IMG/VR virus record: IMGVR_UViG_3300025141_000016
Location: 1 to 64,000 of that record
DNA length: 64,000 nucleotides
Reading direction: 5' to 3' (one strand)
Shown here: positions 1 through 9,067 of the stretch, piece after piece
Layout: each line of letters begins with the position of its first letter
How positions within the stretch are numbered: position 1 is the stretch's first letter
The notes under the pieces: generated by a model
What the model was told of the DNA's origin: nothing
The model's database searches: none
What the model saw: the letters and a program-made list of their open reading frames with translations, nothing else
Program-made: the position numbers and the translations under genes

Positions 1-121
1 GGACAGCCTATCAAGATGGTCGCCCGGAGCATGAGATCGGGCAAGCCGCCCGTGTTTTGCGTAAGGGACTCGTAGAGGCTTCCGCCGATGTTCGTGTGGC
101 TCGCCACAGGGGCCGGACGAG

Positions 122-2050
122 ATGAGCCTTGCTGACCTCGCTGCCGCCGTAGGACGGCGCTCTGTTGACGAAGCGGTTGATGAGAGCGTGGACATAATCA
201 CCTTCATCGAGTCCCAATGGGGACTCGGACTACGGTTGTTTCCCGTCCAGCGTGTGATCTTGAAGGCGCATTATGGGATGCCCCTCGATGACAATGCCGA
301 GGGTTTCCCCCTTGATGGGCCTGTTCCTACGGACCACCCATCTTTTCCTACGGCCTCTTTGGATGAAGACGGGTGCTACCTCTACCGTATCGTTGTTGCC
401 GACTTTCGCCGCGATAACCCACAATACATGACGGAGGCTGGGTATCTCCGGCACTTGTTTGACGAGGGGCGCTGCAACATCCGTGAAGTGGTTGCGGGGG
501 AGCAACGACGGGAGATGGTGCTCTCCGTGGGCCGCCGCTCGGGCAAGACTCTGATCACGTCGTGCATCGTGGCCTACGAGAACTACCGGTTGCTTCTGAA
601 AGGCAACCCCCAGCGGTACTACGGCTCGTCACAGTCGAACGTGATCCAGTTGATCTCGGTTGCAACGGACAAGGACCAAGCGGGGCTCCTTTACCAAGAG
701 GCTGCGGGACACTTCACCAAGTGCGATTTCTTCCGACCTTACATGGCGAACGCCACCCAGTCGTTTGCCACGTTTCAAACGCCCTTTGACATTGACCGGT
801 ATGGTTCCTATGCGGACAACCCCAAAGCCCGGTACAGCCTCAAGGTGACCTTCCGGTCTTGCGTGGCCAAGGGGCTCCGAGGTGGGGCCAACATTCTTGT
901 GGCATTGGATGAGGTGGCTCACTTCGGGGAGAAAGGTCAGGCCAGTGCCGATGAGGTCTACCAAGCCGTTGAGCCGAGCACCCGTACTTTCAGTCCCAAA
1001 GACCCCGCCAACCTCACCCGTCCTACCGGGGAGAACGAGGGTCGAATCATCTTGATCTCATCCCCTCTCGGGAAGCAGGGGCTTTTCTACAAGCAGTTCC
1101 GGCTTGGCTTTGGGAACAACAAGGCTGCCGACAACCTGCTGTGTATCCAAGCGCCGACATGGGAGGTCAACCCGACAGTGCCCGCCGAGACGTTTGTTGC
1201 CTCTTACCTCAAAGATCCCAACGTCTTTTTCACGGAATACGGAGCAGAGTTCACGGACAGGACGCGGGGGTGGATTCCAGATGCGGCGGATCTGCTGGCA
1301 TGTGTGGACCCTACTGCTCGCCCCAGGCTGCGAGGGCCGACCCGTGCTCCTCACTTCATGGGGCTCGACGTGGCTCTGGTGGGTGACTACACCGCTGTAG
1401 CCATTGGCCACAACGAGCCATCGGGTGAGGTGGTCCTCGATCACATTGAGCGGATCCGGGCCGGAGAGGGTGACTTCGTAGGCCAGGAACGTCTGGAGTT
1501 TGATGACGTGGCGGATTGGGTCTACGACTTGTCCCGGCGCTACTACATCACGGATGGGATCTTTGACCAGTGGGCCGGGATCCCGATGGAACAGGCGTTG
1601 AGGAAGCGGGGGCTCTCGACGCTGAAATCGGTTCACCACACTCGGCAGTTATCGAGCCAAATGTTCCAGAACTTCAAGGACATGATGTTTGACAAGAGAC
1701 TGGTCCTCTACAACTGGCCTTTGCCGGAGGGGGAGGACCACTGTGCCTACCTCGCGGAACTGCTTGAACTCCAGGCAGACCACATCAGCAAGTACATCGT
1801 GAAGGTCGAGGCCCCCAACATCGAGGGCAAACACGATGACTTTTCGGATGCCCTTGTTCGGATGGTGTGGAGTGCCACGACCAACTCGACCAAGGTGGTG
1901 AGGATGGTGGGGTCCAAACGGTATAGTGGAGAATCTGTTGCGGTTTCTCGTTTTGGTCGGAAGGCCACGGCACTCAAAGGTCGGAGTGGTTCTCATCCTT
2001 CACGCATGATCCCCAAGGGGGGCCGGGGTTCCGGGGGCACTGGTCGGTAG
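122..2050 (+). CDS. terL: Terminase large subunit
   Basis: Walker A VLSVGRRSGKT, Walker B VALDEVAH, coupling motif ISSP, and RNase H-like nuclease acidic motifs MGLDVA, IFDQW and HDDFSDALV. Lies two genes upstream of the portal. Confidence 0.95.
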   Translation: MSLADLAAAVGRRSVDEAVDESVDIITFIESQWGLGLRLFPVQRVILKAHYGMPLDDNAEGFPLDGPVPTDHPSFPTASLDEDGCYLYRIVVADFRRDNPQYMTEAGYLRHLFDEGRCNIREVVAGEQRREMVLSVGRRSGKTLITSCIVAYENYRLLLKGNPQRYYGSSQSNVIQLISVATDKDQAGLLYQEAAGHFTKCDFFRPYMANATQSFATFQTPFDIDRYGSYADNPKARYSLKVTFRSCVAKGLRGGANILVALDEVAHFGEKGQASADEVYQAVEPSTRTFSPKDPANLTRPTGENEGRIILISSPLGKQGLFYKQFRLGFGNNKAADNLLCIQAPTWEVNPTVPAETFVASYLKDPNVFFTEYGAEFTDRTRGWIPDAADLLACVDPTARPRLRGPTRAPHFMGLDVALVGDYTAVAIGHNEPSGEVVLDHIERIRAGEGDFVGQERLEFDDVADWVYDLSRRYYITDGIFDQWAGIPMEQALRKRGLSTLKSVHHTRQLSSQMFQNFKDMMFDKRLVLYNWPLPEGEDHCAYLAELLELQADHISKYIVKVEAPNIEGKHDDFSDALVRMVWSATTNSTKVVRMVGSKRYSGESVAVSRFGRKATALKGRSGSHPSRMIPKGGRGSGGTGR

Positions 2051-2059
2051 CCCCCCTAT
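2045..2059 (+). promoter_or_regulatory. Late-type motif CGGTAG-N5-CTAT
   Basis: CGGTAG CCCCC CTAT; the TAG is the terL stop codon. Confidence 0.65.
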
Positions 2060-2086
2060 GGGCCAACCCTCGGTAGGAGACTTCAC

Positions 2087-2662
2087 ATGGCTACCTTCGT
2101 TCAAAACTCCTCGCTCCCTGATGCGGGGGATGTAGAGTTGATGTTCCCAGGAGATCGCTTTCCGGTGATCGCTGGTCCCCTATTGCGTGCGTCTGGTTGG
2201 CGCGGTGGTCAGTTCGTCATGTACGCGACGGCGAATGATGACTTCACTGTCGAAGCGAGTGATGGTACGGGAGCGGCAGGGTTTCTACTGTTCCAGTCCG
2301 AGAACTACCAGACGACCCCTCCCACTGGGGCAGGTCCGGGCAGCCCAGAGAACTGGACCTCCCAACAGTTTTTGAACCCACAGGGTGGAAACAACGTCGC
2401 CACGATGGTCAATGGGGGAACACGGGCTTACTTCCGTGTTTTTGAGACGACTGCTCTCGTGGGAGCAGGCACCCGAACGGGTGGGGCTATCACCTATGTC
2501 CTCAATGAAGACCTCAAAATCTCCGAGAACGGGCTTCTGTGCAACGATTCCGACGCGAATCTTATCGCAGCCGGGATCGCCACCCCCATTGTCGTCGGTA
2601 TTGTGTCAGCGATACCTGCTGCTGCCAACGCCAACCGCCTGTGCATGGACATGAAATACTGA
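2087..2662 (+). CDS. Head decoration/cement-like virion protein, paralog of 22685..23323
   Basis: RBS GGAGA upstream. FETTAL...TYVLNEDLKISENGLLCN...VGIVSAIPA aligns by eye with FESQTL...TYTTGEHLYSSMNGYLTN...IGILKMPA of the pre-MCP gene. Confidence 0.55.
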   Translation: MATFVQNSSLPDAGDVELMFPGDRFPVIAGPLLRASGWRGGQFVMYATANDDFTVEASDGTGAAGFLLFQSENYQTTPPTGAGPGSPENWTSQQFLNPQGGNNVATMVNGGTRAYFRVFETTALVGAGTRTGGAITYVLNEDLKISENGLLCNDSDANLIAAGIATPIVVGIVSAIPAAANANRLCMDMKY

Positions 2663-2672
2663 TGAGGATGCT

Positions 2673-2996
2673 TTGAGTCGATACCGCTCCAGTAATGCCC
2701 CCACGGATACTGACCGTCAGATCCAGGCTCTCCTCGACCGCGCCTCCCGCTCGGTAGGGGAGGCGATCCGTCTGGCTTCTTCGGCTCCTGTGGCGGCTGG
2801 TCGTGGGAAACGTCGGGTGTCAGGGGACTTGGAGCGGGCGATGGCAGCCCTCCAGACGGTTCGATATATCGGAGCATCCCCCACAGGCCGCGATGAAATG
2901 AGCGAAGTCGAACTCAATCGCCTCCATCGGGAGCGCCTGTCGAATGAAAGGGCCGAGCGTCGTGCAGCGGTGAAGGAGCAGATCGATGTCGGATAA
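2673..2996 (+). CDS. Hypothetical protein (head cluster)
   Basis: 107-aa ORF with RBS GAGG, overlapping the portal start. Contains an IRLAS motif. Confidence 0.6.
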   Translation: MSRYRSSNAPTDTDRQIQALLDRASRSVGEAIRLASSAPVAAGRGKRRVSGDLERAMAALQTVRYIGASPTGRDEMSEVELNRLHRERLSNERAERRAAVKEQIDVG

Positions 2997-4707
2997 AACG
3001 ACCTCCGGTGACGGTGTTCCTGTTCGCAAGGTCAAGTCTGGCGACGGGAAGCGGAAAGCGAAGACGGGCAAGCCCCGTCGCGTCACTTCCTCCATGATGA
3101 GAGCCCACAATCGCACAGCCAGCTTCTCGTCAAGCATGGGGAACTCCGAGGCTGTTGAAGGGTTTGGCGGCAACTTCTACTCCCCAGAACTATCTACGGA
3201 CTTCTTGGAGTTGCCGCAGAGTCTCCATGAGCAGTGGAACTACTACCGGTTTTTCTACCGGAATGAGCCTTTCGTTGGTCAGGCGGTGGACCTCCACACG
3301 GAACTGCCGATCAGCAAGGTCAGGATCGGGATGGCTCACGCCAAGAATCGTGAGATCGCGACTGCCGCTACCCGTTTTTGCGAGCGTTGGGCGAAGCGCA
3401 TCCATCTCCTCGACAGGCTGTTGGCTATCACCCATGACCGCAACCTCATCGGAGAGGTCTTCGTCTGGTGTGAGGATGCCAATGGGGAGATGCCCCGAGA
3501 GATCCGTGAAGAGGAGCGCCGGACACTGACCGAAGACGGGGAAGTCAATGAGGAGTGGGTTGAGTACGATGACGCAGATGAACGCGCCGTCAAGTGGCTC
3601 AAAAAGAACTACAAGGGGTGGACGAACATGCGTGTTCTGCCCCCCGAACAAGTCCAGATGCAGAGTTTCAACTTCACTGATGAGCGCATCTTTGAACTGA
3701 TCCCTGACAGCAAGACGAAGGACATTGTTGAGAAAGCCCGGATGGGGGACAAAGAAGCTAAACGCATCGTGGAGTCGATGCCTCCCGAGGTCGTCCAGGC
3801 GGTCACGGCGGGAGAGAACATCCCTCTCAACACTGACCCCATGGCAGGGTCATTCATTCATTACGTCGCCAACCGCAAGTCAGACTACGACCCCCGAGGC
3901 CGTTCCATTTTGGAACGCTGTATGCGTGCTCTGGTCTACCGGGACAAGCTGCGGCAGGCGCAGACCAGCATCGCTTCCCGGCACATGACCCCGATTCGGA
4001 TCGTGTCTGGGGATGACCTTGACATAGCGGATGTGGAAGCCTTGCGGGAGCAGGTAGACAACGCTCTGCAAGACCCCGACTACTCGATCATCGCGAACTT
4101 TGAGGTCAGGTGGGAAGAGATGGGTGCTGATCAGCGTCTACTCGATCTCTCGTCCGAATATGACCTCACTGACCGTCAGTTGTACGCTGGGCTCGGTGTG
4201 ACCGAGGGGCTTCTCTCTGGTGAGAGTGCCTACGCCGGGGACCGGATCAACCTTGAAGTCATCAACACGCGGTACATGCTGCTCCGTGAACAACTCCAAG
4301 ACCTCGTTGAAAACTACTTTTTCAAGCCGATGTGTGCTCGCATGGGTTTCGTGGAGGAGGACGAGGACGGAGAGGAGCGCGTGATTGTTCCCACCTTGTC
4401 GTTCACTCGACTGGCCCTGCGGGACAATCGGGACACGTTCGATGCCCTCTACAATCTCTACACCAAGGGCAGCTTGGACGTGGACACCATCTTGGAACTG
4501 CTCAACCTTGACCCCATCGCGGTCAGGGAGCGCATCGAGCGTGACCTGTTCACCGTCAATGACCCCACGTTCAATGAAGTGCTCCGAGGTGTCTACGGAG
4601 ATGCAGGTCGGGCTATCGCGGAGAACTCCAATGCAGCCGAGAAGATTGCCAAGGTGCTTGGCTTGAAGTTTGAGAAGCCCGCCGAGGAAGAGGGCGGCAG
4701 GTTCTAA
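2986..4707 (+). CDS. Portal protein
   Basis: 573 aa, downstream of TerL. Portal-like segments RFFYRNEPFVGQAVDLHTELPIS, YDPRGRSILERC and REQLQDLVENYFFKP. Confidence 0.85.
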   Translation: MSDKTTSGDGVPVRKVKSGDGKRKAKTGKPRRVTSSMMRAHNRTASFSSSMGNSEAVEGFGGNFYSPELSTDFLELPQSLHEQWNYYRFFYRNEPFVGQAVDLHTELPISKVRIGMAHAKNREIATAATRFCERWAKRIHLLDRLLAITHDRNLIGEVFVWCEDANGEMPREIREEERRTLTEDGEVNEEWVEYDDADERAVKWLKKNYKGWTNMRVLPPEQVQMQSFNFTDERIFELIPDSKTKDIVEKARMGDKEAKRIVESMPPEVVQAVTAGENIPLNTDPMAGSFIHYVANRKSDYDPRGRSILERCMRALVYRDKLRQAQTSIASRHMTPIRIVSGDDLDIADVEALREQVDNALQDPDYSIIANFEVRWEEMGADQRLLDLSSEYDLTDRQLYAGLGVTEGLLSGESAYAGDRINLEVINTRYMLLREQLQDLVENYFFKPMCARMGFVEEDEDGEERVIVPTLSFTRLALRDNRDTFDALYNLYTKGSLDVDTILELLNLDPIAVRERIERDLFTVNDPTFNEVLRGVYGDAGRAIAENSNAAEKIAKVLGLKFEKPAEEEGGRF

Positions 4708-4710
4708 CCT

Positions 4711-4725
4711 CGGTAGGAGTCCTAT
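4711..4725 (+). promoter_or_regulatory. Late-type motif
   Basis: CGGTAG GAGTC CTAT. Confidence 0.6.
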
Positions 4726-4754
4726 TCCCGTGGTTGGGTGTGCCAAGACCAAAA

Positions 4755-4798
4755 AGGTCGAGGTCGAGGTCGAGGTCGAGGTCGAGGTCGAGGTCGAG
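4755..4798. repeat. Perfect hexanucleotide tandem repeat (AGGTCG)x7
   Basis: Read directly at 4755-4796 plus AG. Lies between a late-type promoter motif (4711) and the RBS AAGGAG (4803). Confidence 0.95.
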
Positions 4799-4817
4799 TA
4801 AGCAAGGAGATCCCACC

Positions 4818-5834
4818 ATGTCCAAAACCATTACCGCAACTGATCGCTCCCGCTTGATCCGGCTCGCATCCTCGATGCCTGCTGGATCTCCCAAGCGGAA
4901 GGCAATCCTCAATGCAATCGCAAGTACGGATCAAACGGATTTCCTCGACACGAGACTCGACCGGGCCTGGAAAAAGGCCCTGAAGTCGTATTTCGCATGG
5001 AAGCAGGATGGGGAAAAGACCGATTCCCGCCTCTACCAGCAGCTACGCCAAGACCCCACAAACGAGCGTGCCAACTCCACGATGCTGGAACTGCTTGCCC
5101 AATACCGAAAAGAGGGTGGGAAGCTGCTCAAAACTGTGAAAGCGATCTACGCTGCCGCAGAGGGCCACCCCATCAGCAAGCAGTCTGACTTCCGTCAGGG
5201 GAAGGGGAACTTGGACCATGCAGAGCATGGTCTCAAGTCCTTCACCCCCTCCAAGTACGACAACCCCGTGGACATGATGTACCACGGCTCGTATGGCTAC
5301 CAGATGTTGATGAGCGCAATCGAACACTTGGCCTACGCACGCCACAGTGAGGGCCTGAAGACTGCTTCTACGCGGACCCGAACTGCAAAGTACAACACGA
5401 AGCTGCGGGCGACGGACACGTTGTCAGAGGCCGCCATGTTGGGTGTGGCTGCCCCCATCCCCCGGAGGGGGTTGAAGACTGCTTCGACTGGTTGGGTCAC
5501 GGATTTGTTCACCGCGTGGCAGGACAAACGCATTGACAAGCACGACTTCTATACTGCTCTTTGGCCTTTCTGGAAAGACGGTCAGATCCGGCCTGCCGAG
5601 GTAGCTGCCCTTACCCTCGCTGCTGACTCCACCTTTGGTAAAGGAGTTCCTGCTGGCGTGGTCAAAATGCGGTTGGGGGACATTGAAAAGGGTTTTGATC
5701 TCGGTGAGGATGTGGATGCCATTATCCGACCCATAAGCCGCAACATCCTACGTCGTCTTGGGTTGAAGACTGCTTCTACGCGGACCCGAACTGCAAAGTA
5801 CAACACGAAGCTGCGGGCGACGGACAGGTTCTAA
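4818..5834 (+). CDS. Modular head-associated protein with GLKTAS linkers
   Basis: Start reassigned to ATG 4818 (RBS AAGGAG). N-terminal DRSRLIRLAS motif, three GLKTAS linkers and a duplicated KTASTRTRTAKYNTKLRATD. Confidence 0.75.
   Translation: MSKTITATDRSRLIRLASSMPAGSPKRKAILNAIASTDQTDFLDTRLDRAWKKALKSYFAWKQDGEKTDSRLYQQLRQDPTNERANSTMLELLAQYRKEGGKLLKTVKAIYAAAEGHPISKQSDFRQGKGNLDHAEHGLKSFTPSKYDNPVDMMYHGSYGYQMLMSAIEHLAYARHSEGLKTASTRTRTAKYNTKLRATDTLSEAAMLGVAAPIPRRGLKTASTGWVTDLFTAWQDKRIDKHDFYTALWPFWKDGQIRPAEVAALTLAADSTFGKGVPAGVVKMRLGDIEKGFDLGEDVDAIIRPISRNILRRLGLKTASTRTRTAKYNTKLRATDRF
5356..5826 (+). repeat. 63-bp exact direct repeat pair (5356-5418 and 5764-5826), plus a partial copy near 5469-5485
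   Basis: TGAAGACTGCTTCTACGCGGACCCGAACTGCAAAGTACAACACGAAGCTGCGGGCGACGGACA occurs twice, identical. Confidence 0.9.
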
Positions 5835-5998
5835 CTCCCCACCCCTCGGGCTTCGGCTCCAGCCCGTACATGAGATTGGTACACACCTCGCCAGTGCCCT
5901 CTTTGGTCCCAGAGATGGTGGCCGAGGAAGATGAGCCCGGTGGGCGTGGTCCACACGCCGAACCAGACCAGAGGAGATGGGTAGGAGGGAGGAGTCAT
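5831..5998 (-). CDS. Possible small hypothetical protein (55 aa)
   Basis: ATG..TAG frame MTPPSYPSPLVWFGVWTTPTGLIFLGHHLWDQRGHW... fills an intergenic gap. No clear RBS. Confidence 0.25.
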   Translation of the reverse strand: MTPPSYPSPLVWFGVWTTPTGLIFLGHHLWDQRGHWRGVYQSHVRAGAEARGVGS

Positions 5999-6041
5999 AG
6001 CACAAGCCCGGTATAGAGAGAGTAGAGAGAGTAGGGGGTGT

Positions 6042-6056
6042 CGGTAGTCCTGCTAT
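6042..6056 (+). promoter_or_regulatory. Late-type motif
   Basis: CGGTAG TCCTG CTAT. Confidence 0.7.
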
Positions 6057-6096
6057 ACCCCTCCTCCGGGTAGACACAGATCGGAGTGCCCTACCG

Positions 6097-7656
6097 ATGG
6101 CCCAACCACCTTATCTTCTCGACGTACTACAGATCGAACCCGGCAGTGGGGATACCCTCACCATCGCTCGGGATTCGACAGCAGGTGCGATGGAGTTCGT
6201 GGACGCTGTGGTCACTGGCGGCGTTCTGCTCCCGGCTCTCGTTGGCTTACGCAACGTCACCGGAATCTTTGTCGTGGGTCGAGCGGGCGACGGAGCCCCT
6301 TACACCACGATCCAATCAGCGATAGACGCTATCCCTGTGTCTTCCAGTGCGGCTGCACCCTCGGTGGTGCTGATTCTCTCTGGGGTCTACACCGAGAACC
6401 TGACCATCCAGCGCGATGGGGTCTGTCTCGTGGGGCTCGGTGGGGTCACCATCGCGAACAGCGGTGCCTCGGACACGATCACTGTCAGCGCGGCTACCGA
6501 CTCGACTCCCCAGGACGCGCTGTTCCGGGGGCTCACGGTTACGAATGACCAAGCGGCCCAGTCCTGTATCAACATCCTCGGTGCGGATACCTTTGCGACC
6601 GCAACGGCTACTGTGGTCAACGCCCCCCTCGCTACGGGGGACACTCTTACCATTGGGGGAGTGGTGCTCACCGGCACCGCAGCCGCCCGCACCAGCGGAA
6701 GTGATGACTTCTGGGCTGGGGGTGGAACGGTGGATGCCATCGCTGCGGAGATCGTGGATGCGATCAACGACCCAGCCAATGGGTTTACCGCTACGGCTAC
6801 CGCTACCTCCGCACTCGGCGTGGTCACTTTGACCGCCGTTACGGCGGGGTCTGGCGGAAACGCCATCACCTTGGCCTCAAGCACCACACCTGCGGCTGGG
6901 ATCACCCTTTCTGGTGCCACCTTCGCAGGCGGGACTTCAGCAGGGTCCATGGTCGGGGATGGCCTCATCACTATTGAAGATTGCGTCCTCGTCGCCTCTG
7001 GCGCTGGGGGTTTTCAGGTCAACGCTGACACCGTGGGCCATATCCGTGTGCGTGGAGGCACCTTCCGAGGCTCCGCTTCTAACTCTCTTTCCCAAGCCGC
7101 CAACTGCGCGGCTTTCCGGCTGTCGGGGATTGAGTGGATCAATGACATTCAAGTTGCCTACGACACCACTCTTGACCGGCCCAGTGACACCGCCTGCGCC
7201 TATGAACTGACCTCGTTGGGTCGGGTTCACGCTGTTCTGTCGAATCTATCTGGGGCTGGGACGCTTACGCTCCGCGCCTGTGCCGAAGTATCCACGATTT
7301 CCCAGGATGGGGACCAGACTCTCGATGTGCTCCACTCGACGCTCGGGACGCTCACCCTCGACACCACTACCGCTGCGACCCTACGGCAGAGCACCCGAAC
7401 CACATTGACGGTTGCCGGGGGAACCCCAACCCTCCAAGAGCCCGTCTTCGTCGGCACCCAGGCATTTCTTGGGACACTGACCCAGACGATCACGTTGCCT
7501 ATCACACAGCCAGATGCCCTTTACACCGTGCTCTTGGAGAGTCCCGTTACCACTTCCGTATTGGCGGTGACGAACAAGACAACCACTACTTTTGACATTG
7601 AAGCGGCACCTGCTCTAACGGGTACCGTGACCTATTCCGTGGTCCGCGCCCTTTAG
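6097..7656 (+). CDS. Virion structural/fibre protein with beta-helix-like start
   Basis: YTTIQSAIDAIP...VLILSGVYTENL is typical of pectin-lyase-like beta-helix starts. Ala/Thr/Gly-rich, and carries the shared IAAEIVDAIND module. Confidence 0.7.
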   Translation: MAQPPYLLDVLQIEPGSGDTLTIARDSTAGAMEFVDAVVTGGVLLPALVGLRNVTGIFVVGRAGDGAPYTTIQSAIDAIPVSSSAAAPSVVLILSGVYTENLTIQRDGVCLVGLGGVTIANSGASDTITVSAATDSTPQDALFRGLTVTNDQAAQSCINILGADTFATATATVVNAPLATGDTLTIGGVVLTGTAAARTSGSDDFWAGGGTVDAIAAEIVDAINDPANGFTATATATSALGVVTLTAVTAGSGGNAITLASSTTPAAGITLSGATFAGGTSAGSMVGDGLITIEDCVLVASGAGGFQVNADTVGHIRVRGGTFRGSASNSLSQAANCAAFRLSGIEWINDIQVAYDTTLDRPSDTACAYELTSLGRVHAVLSNLSGAGTLTLRACAEVSTISQDGDQTLDVLHSTLGTLTLDTTTAATLRQSTRTTLTVAGGTPTLQEPVFVGTQAFLGTLTQTITLPITQPDALYTVLLESPVTTSVLAVTNKTTTTFDIEAAPALTGTVTYSVVRAL

Positions 7657-7664
7657 GAGTTTTG

Positions 7665-9014
7665 GTGGCTATAACATTCCCTACAACAGTCCAGTACAAG
7701 CGAAGACAACGACCCGCTCTGGAGGTTGGCACGCTTGGGCGCAGTCGCGTTTATCTTGTGCAGATGCCCCCTTCCCTGCTGCGGCTTGTCTACAAGGAGG
7801 GCAGGCGCATAGAGGGCTTGGGTGGGTCCAGCTATGACAAGGTGAAGTGGGATTCCGGCCCCAACGAGGGCAAAAAGGTAGCCATCAGGACATTGGAGGC
7901 TTGGGCTCAAAACGCGGAATCGGGTGGCCACGCGGGAAGCCAGGATGCCGCTCGCTACAGGGACCAGATTACGAACATTACAGGGAAGACCGCTATGAGC
8001 AACCCCGACGATTTTTGGACCAAACTGGCTACCGGACACACAAACACCGTGCTCGCTCACGGGATGGACCGCCATCTGGGTGCCCCCCTGGGTGACTCTT
8101 TTGAGGGAGTCCGTGTGTTGAGTGACGTGGGCCGTGCTGCTCATGCTCTTTCGCTTCCTGTGGCCGCTGGGGTCAAGGTGTCCTTTGCTGGAACCCTGGG
8201 TGCTCTCATGGCCCACGATGACTCGCCTGCCGATGGTGCCATCGGAGAGGTGGTCACGGTCAAGTCAGCTACGGGGGAGATCACCCACCATGATGGCAAG
8301 GTCTTCGTGAAGTGGGACGACGGTAAGTTCCGCCCCATCCACTCCGAGCACCTGCGTCTGGCTGGGTCCACGAGCAAGACTGCTTCCAAAGTCGTGAAGA
8401 TTCGCAAGGACGACAAGGGCAACGGCCTTTGGATTGAGGCGCGGGGGAAGCTGGAGGGACCGCTCACAGCGGCACAGGTGCTATCAAAGGTTGATAGCTA
8501 CCTTGATGACTCCGACGTGGTTGTCATGGGGCGTGATCATTCGCTGGGTCGGAACCAGACAGCGGTTCCCTACAGCAAAGCCCTCTATGTGATCCGCAAC
8601 AAGCGTGGGGATGTGATTGATGAGGGCTACTCCCTCAAAAACCTGTGGAATAAGTGGTTCGACCGGTTCCTTGGATGGAGGATGGCTTCCCAGGACAAGG
8701 AAGTCGCTGAACTGTTGAAGGCCAAGCCTGATAATGAGTTCCTACAGTCCGTGGAGGAGCAACTGGATGACGACCGCTCCCTGTCGGACAAGCAAGAGGA
8801 AGTTCTCGATGAGATTCAGGATGAGGTCAAGTCTGACAAGGCAGCTTCGTTCCGCGTGGGCACCCTTGGTGACCTCACGAACTTTTTGAAGGTTGCCGAG
8901 GGCAAGCTGATTCACACCAGTACCGCAGACCTGTGGTCCTATACGAAGGATGCGGATGGGGCTTTCCTCGTCTCACGCCTGTTTGACGATATGGGCGAGC
9001 CCTTGAAGGGGTAG
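7665..9014 (+). CDS. Modular head-associated protein
   Basis: RBS AGGAG, GTG 7665 (or TTG 7662). Segments are separated by GKTA|M, SKTAS|, WRMAS| and DKAAS|. Confidence 0.7.
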   Translation: MAITFPTTVQYKRRQRPALEVGTLGRSRVYLVQMPPSLLRLVYKEGRRIEGLGGSSYDKVKWDSGPNEGKKVAIRTLEAWAQNAESGGHAGSQDAARYRDQITNITGKTAMSNPDDFWTKLATGHTNTVLAHGMDRHLGAPLGDSFEGVRVLSDVGRAAHALSLPVAAGVKVSFAGTLGALMAHDDSPADGAIGEVVTVKSATGEITHHDGKVFVKWDDGKFRPIHSEHLRLAGSTSKTASKVVKIRKDDKGNGLWIEARGKLEGPLTAAQVLSKVDSYLDDSDVVVMGRDHSLGRNQTAVPYSKALYVIRNKRGDVIDEGYSLKNLWNKWFDRFLGWRMASQDKEVAELLKAKPDNEFLQSVEEQLDDDRSLSDKQEEVLDEIQDEVKSDKAASFRVGTLGDLTNFLKVAEGKLIHTSTADLWSYTKDADGAFLVSRLFDDMGEPLKG

Positions 9015-9024
9015 GACGGCTGCT

Positions 9025-9039
9025 CGGTAGTCGGCCTAT
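9025..9039 (+). promoter_or_regulatory. Late-type motif
   Basis: CGGTAG TCGGC CTAT. Confidence 0.7.
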
Positions 9040-9067
9040 CGCATCGCCCTCGATAGGAGAAACGTCC

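Noticed and set aside
122-2050. Intein or intron in the terminase
   Set aside because: No C/S-start..HN-end intein signature or LAGLIDADG motif, and the motifs are collinear.
4734-4817. N-terminal (SR)7 extension of the 4734 ORF
   Set aside because: The strong RBS precedes ATG 4818, and the SR run is simply one reading of the hexamer repeat.
5356-5826. 63-bp repeat pair as a diversity-generating retroelement TR/VR
   Set aside because: The copies are identical, with no adenine-specific differences, and there is no reverse transcriptase in the window.
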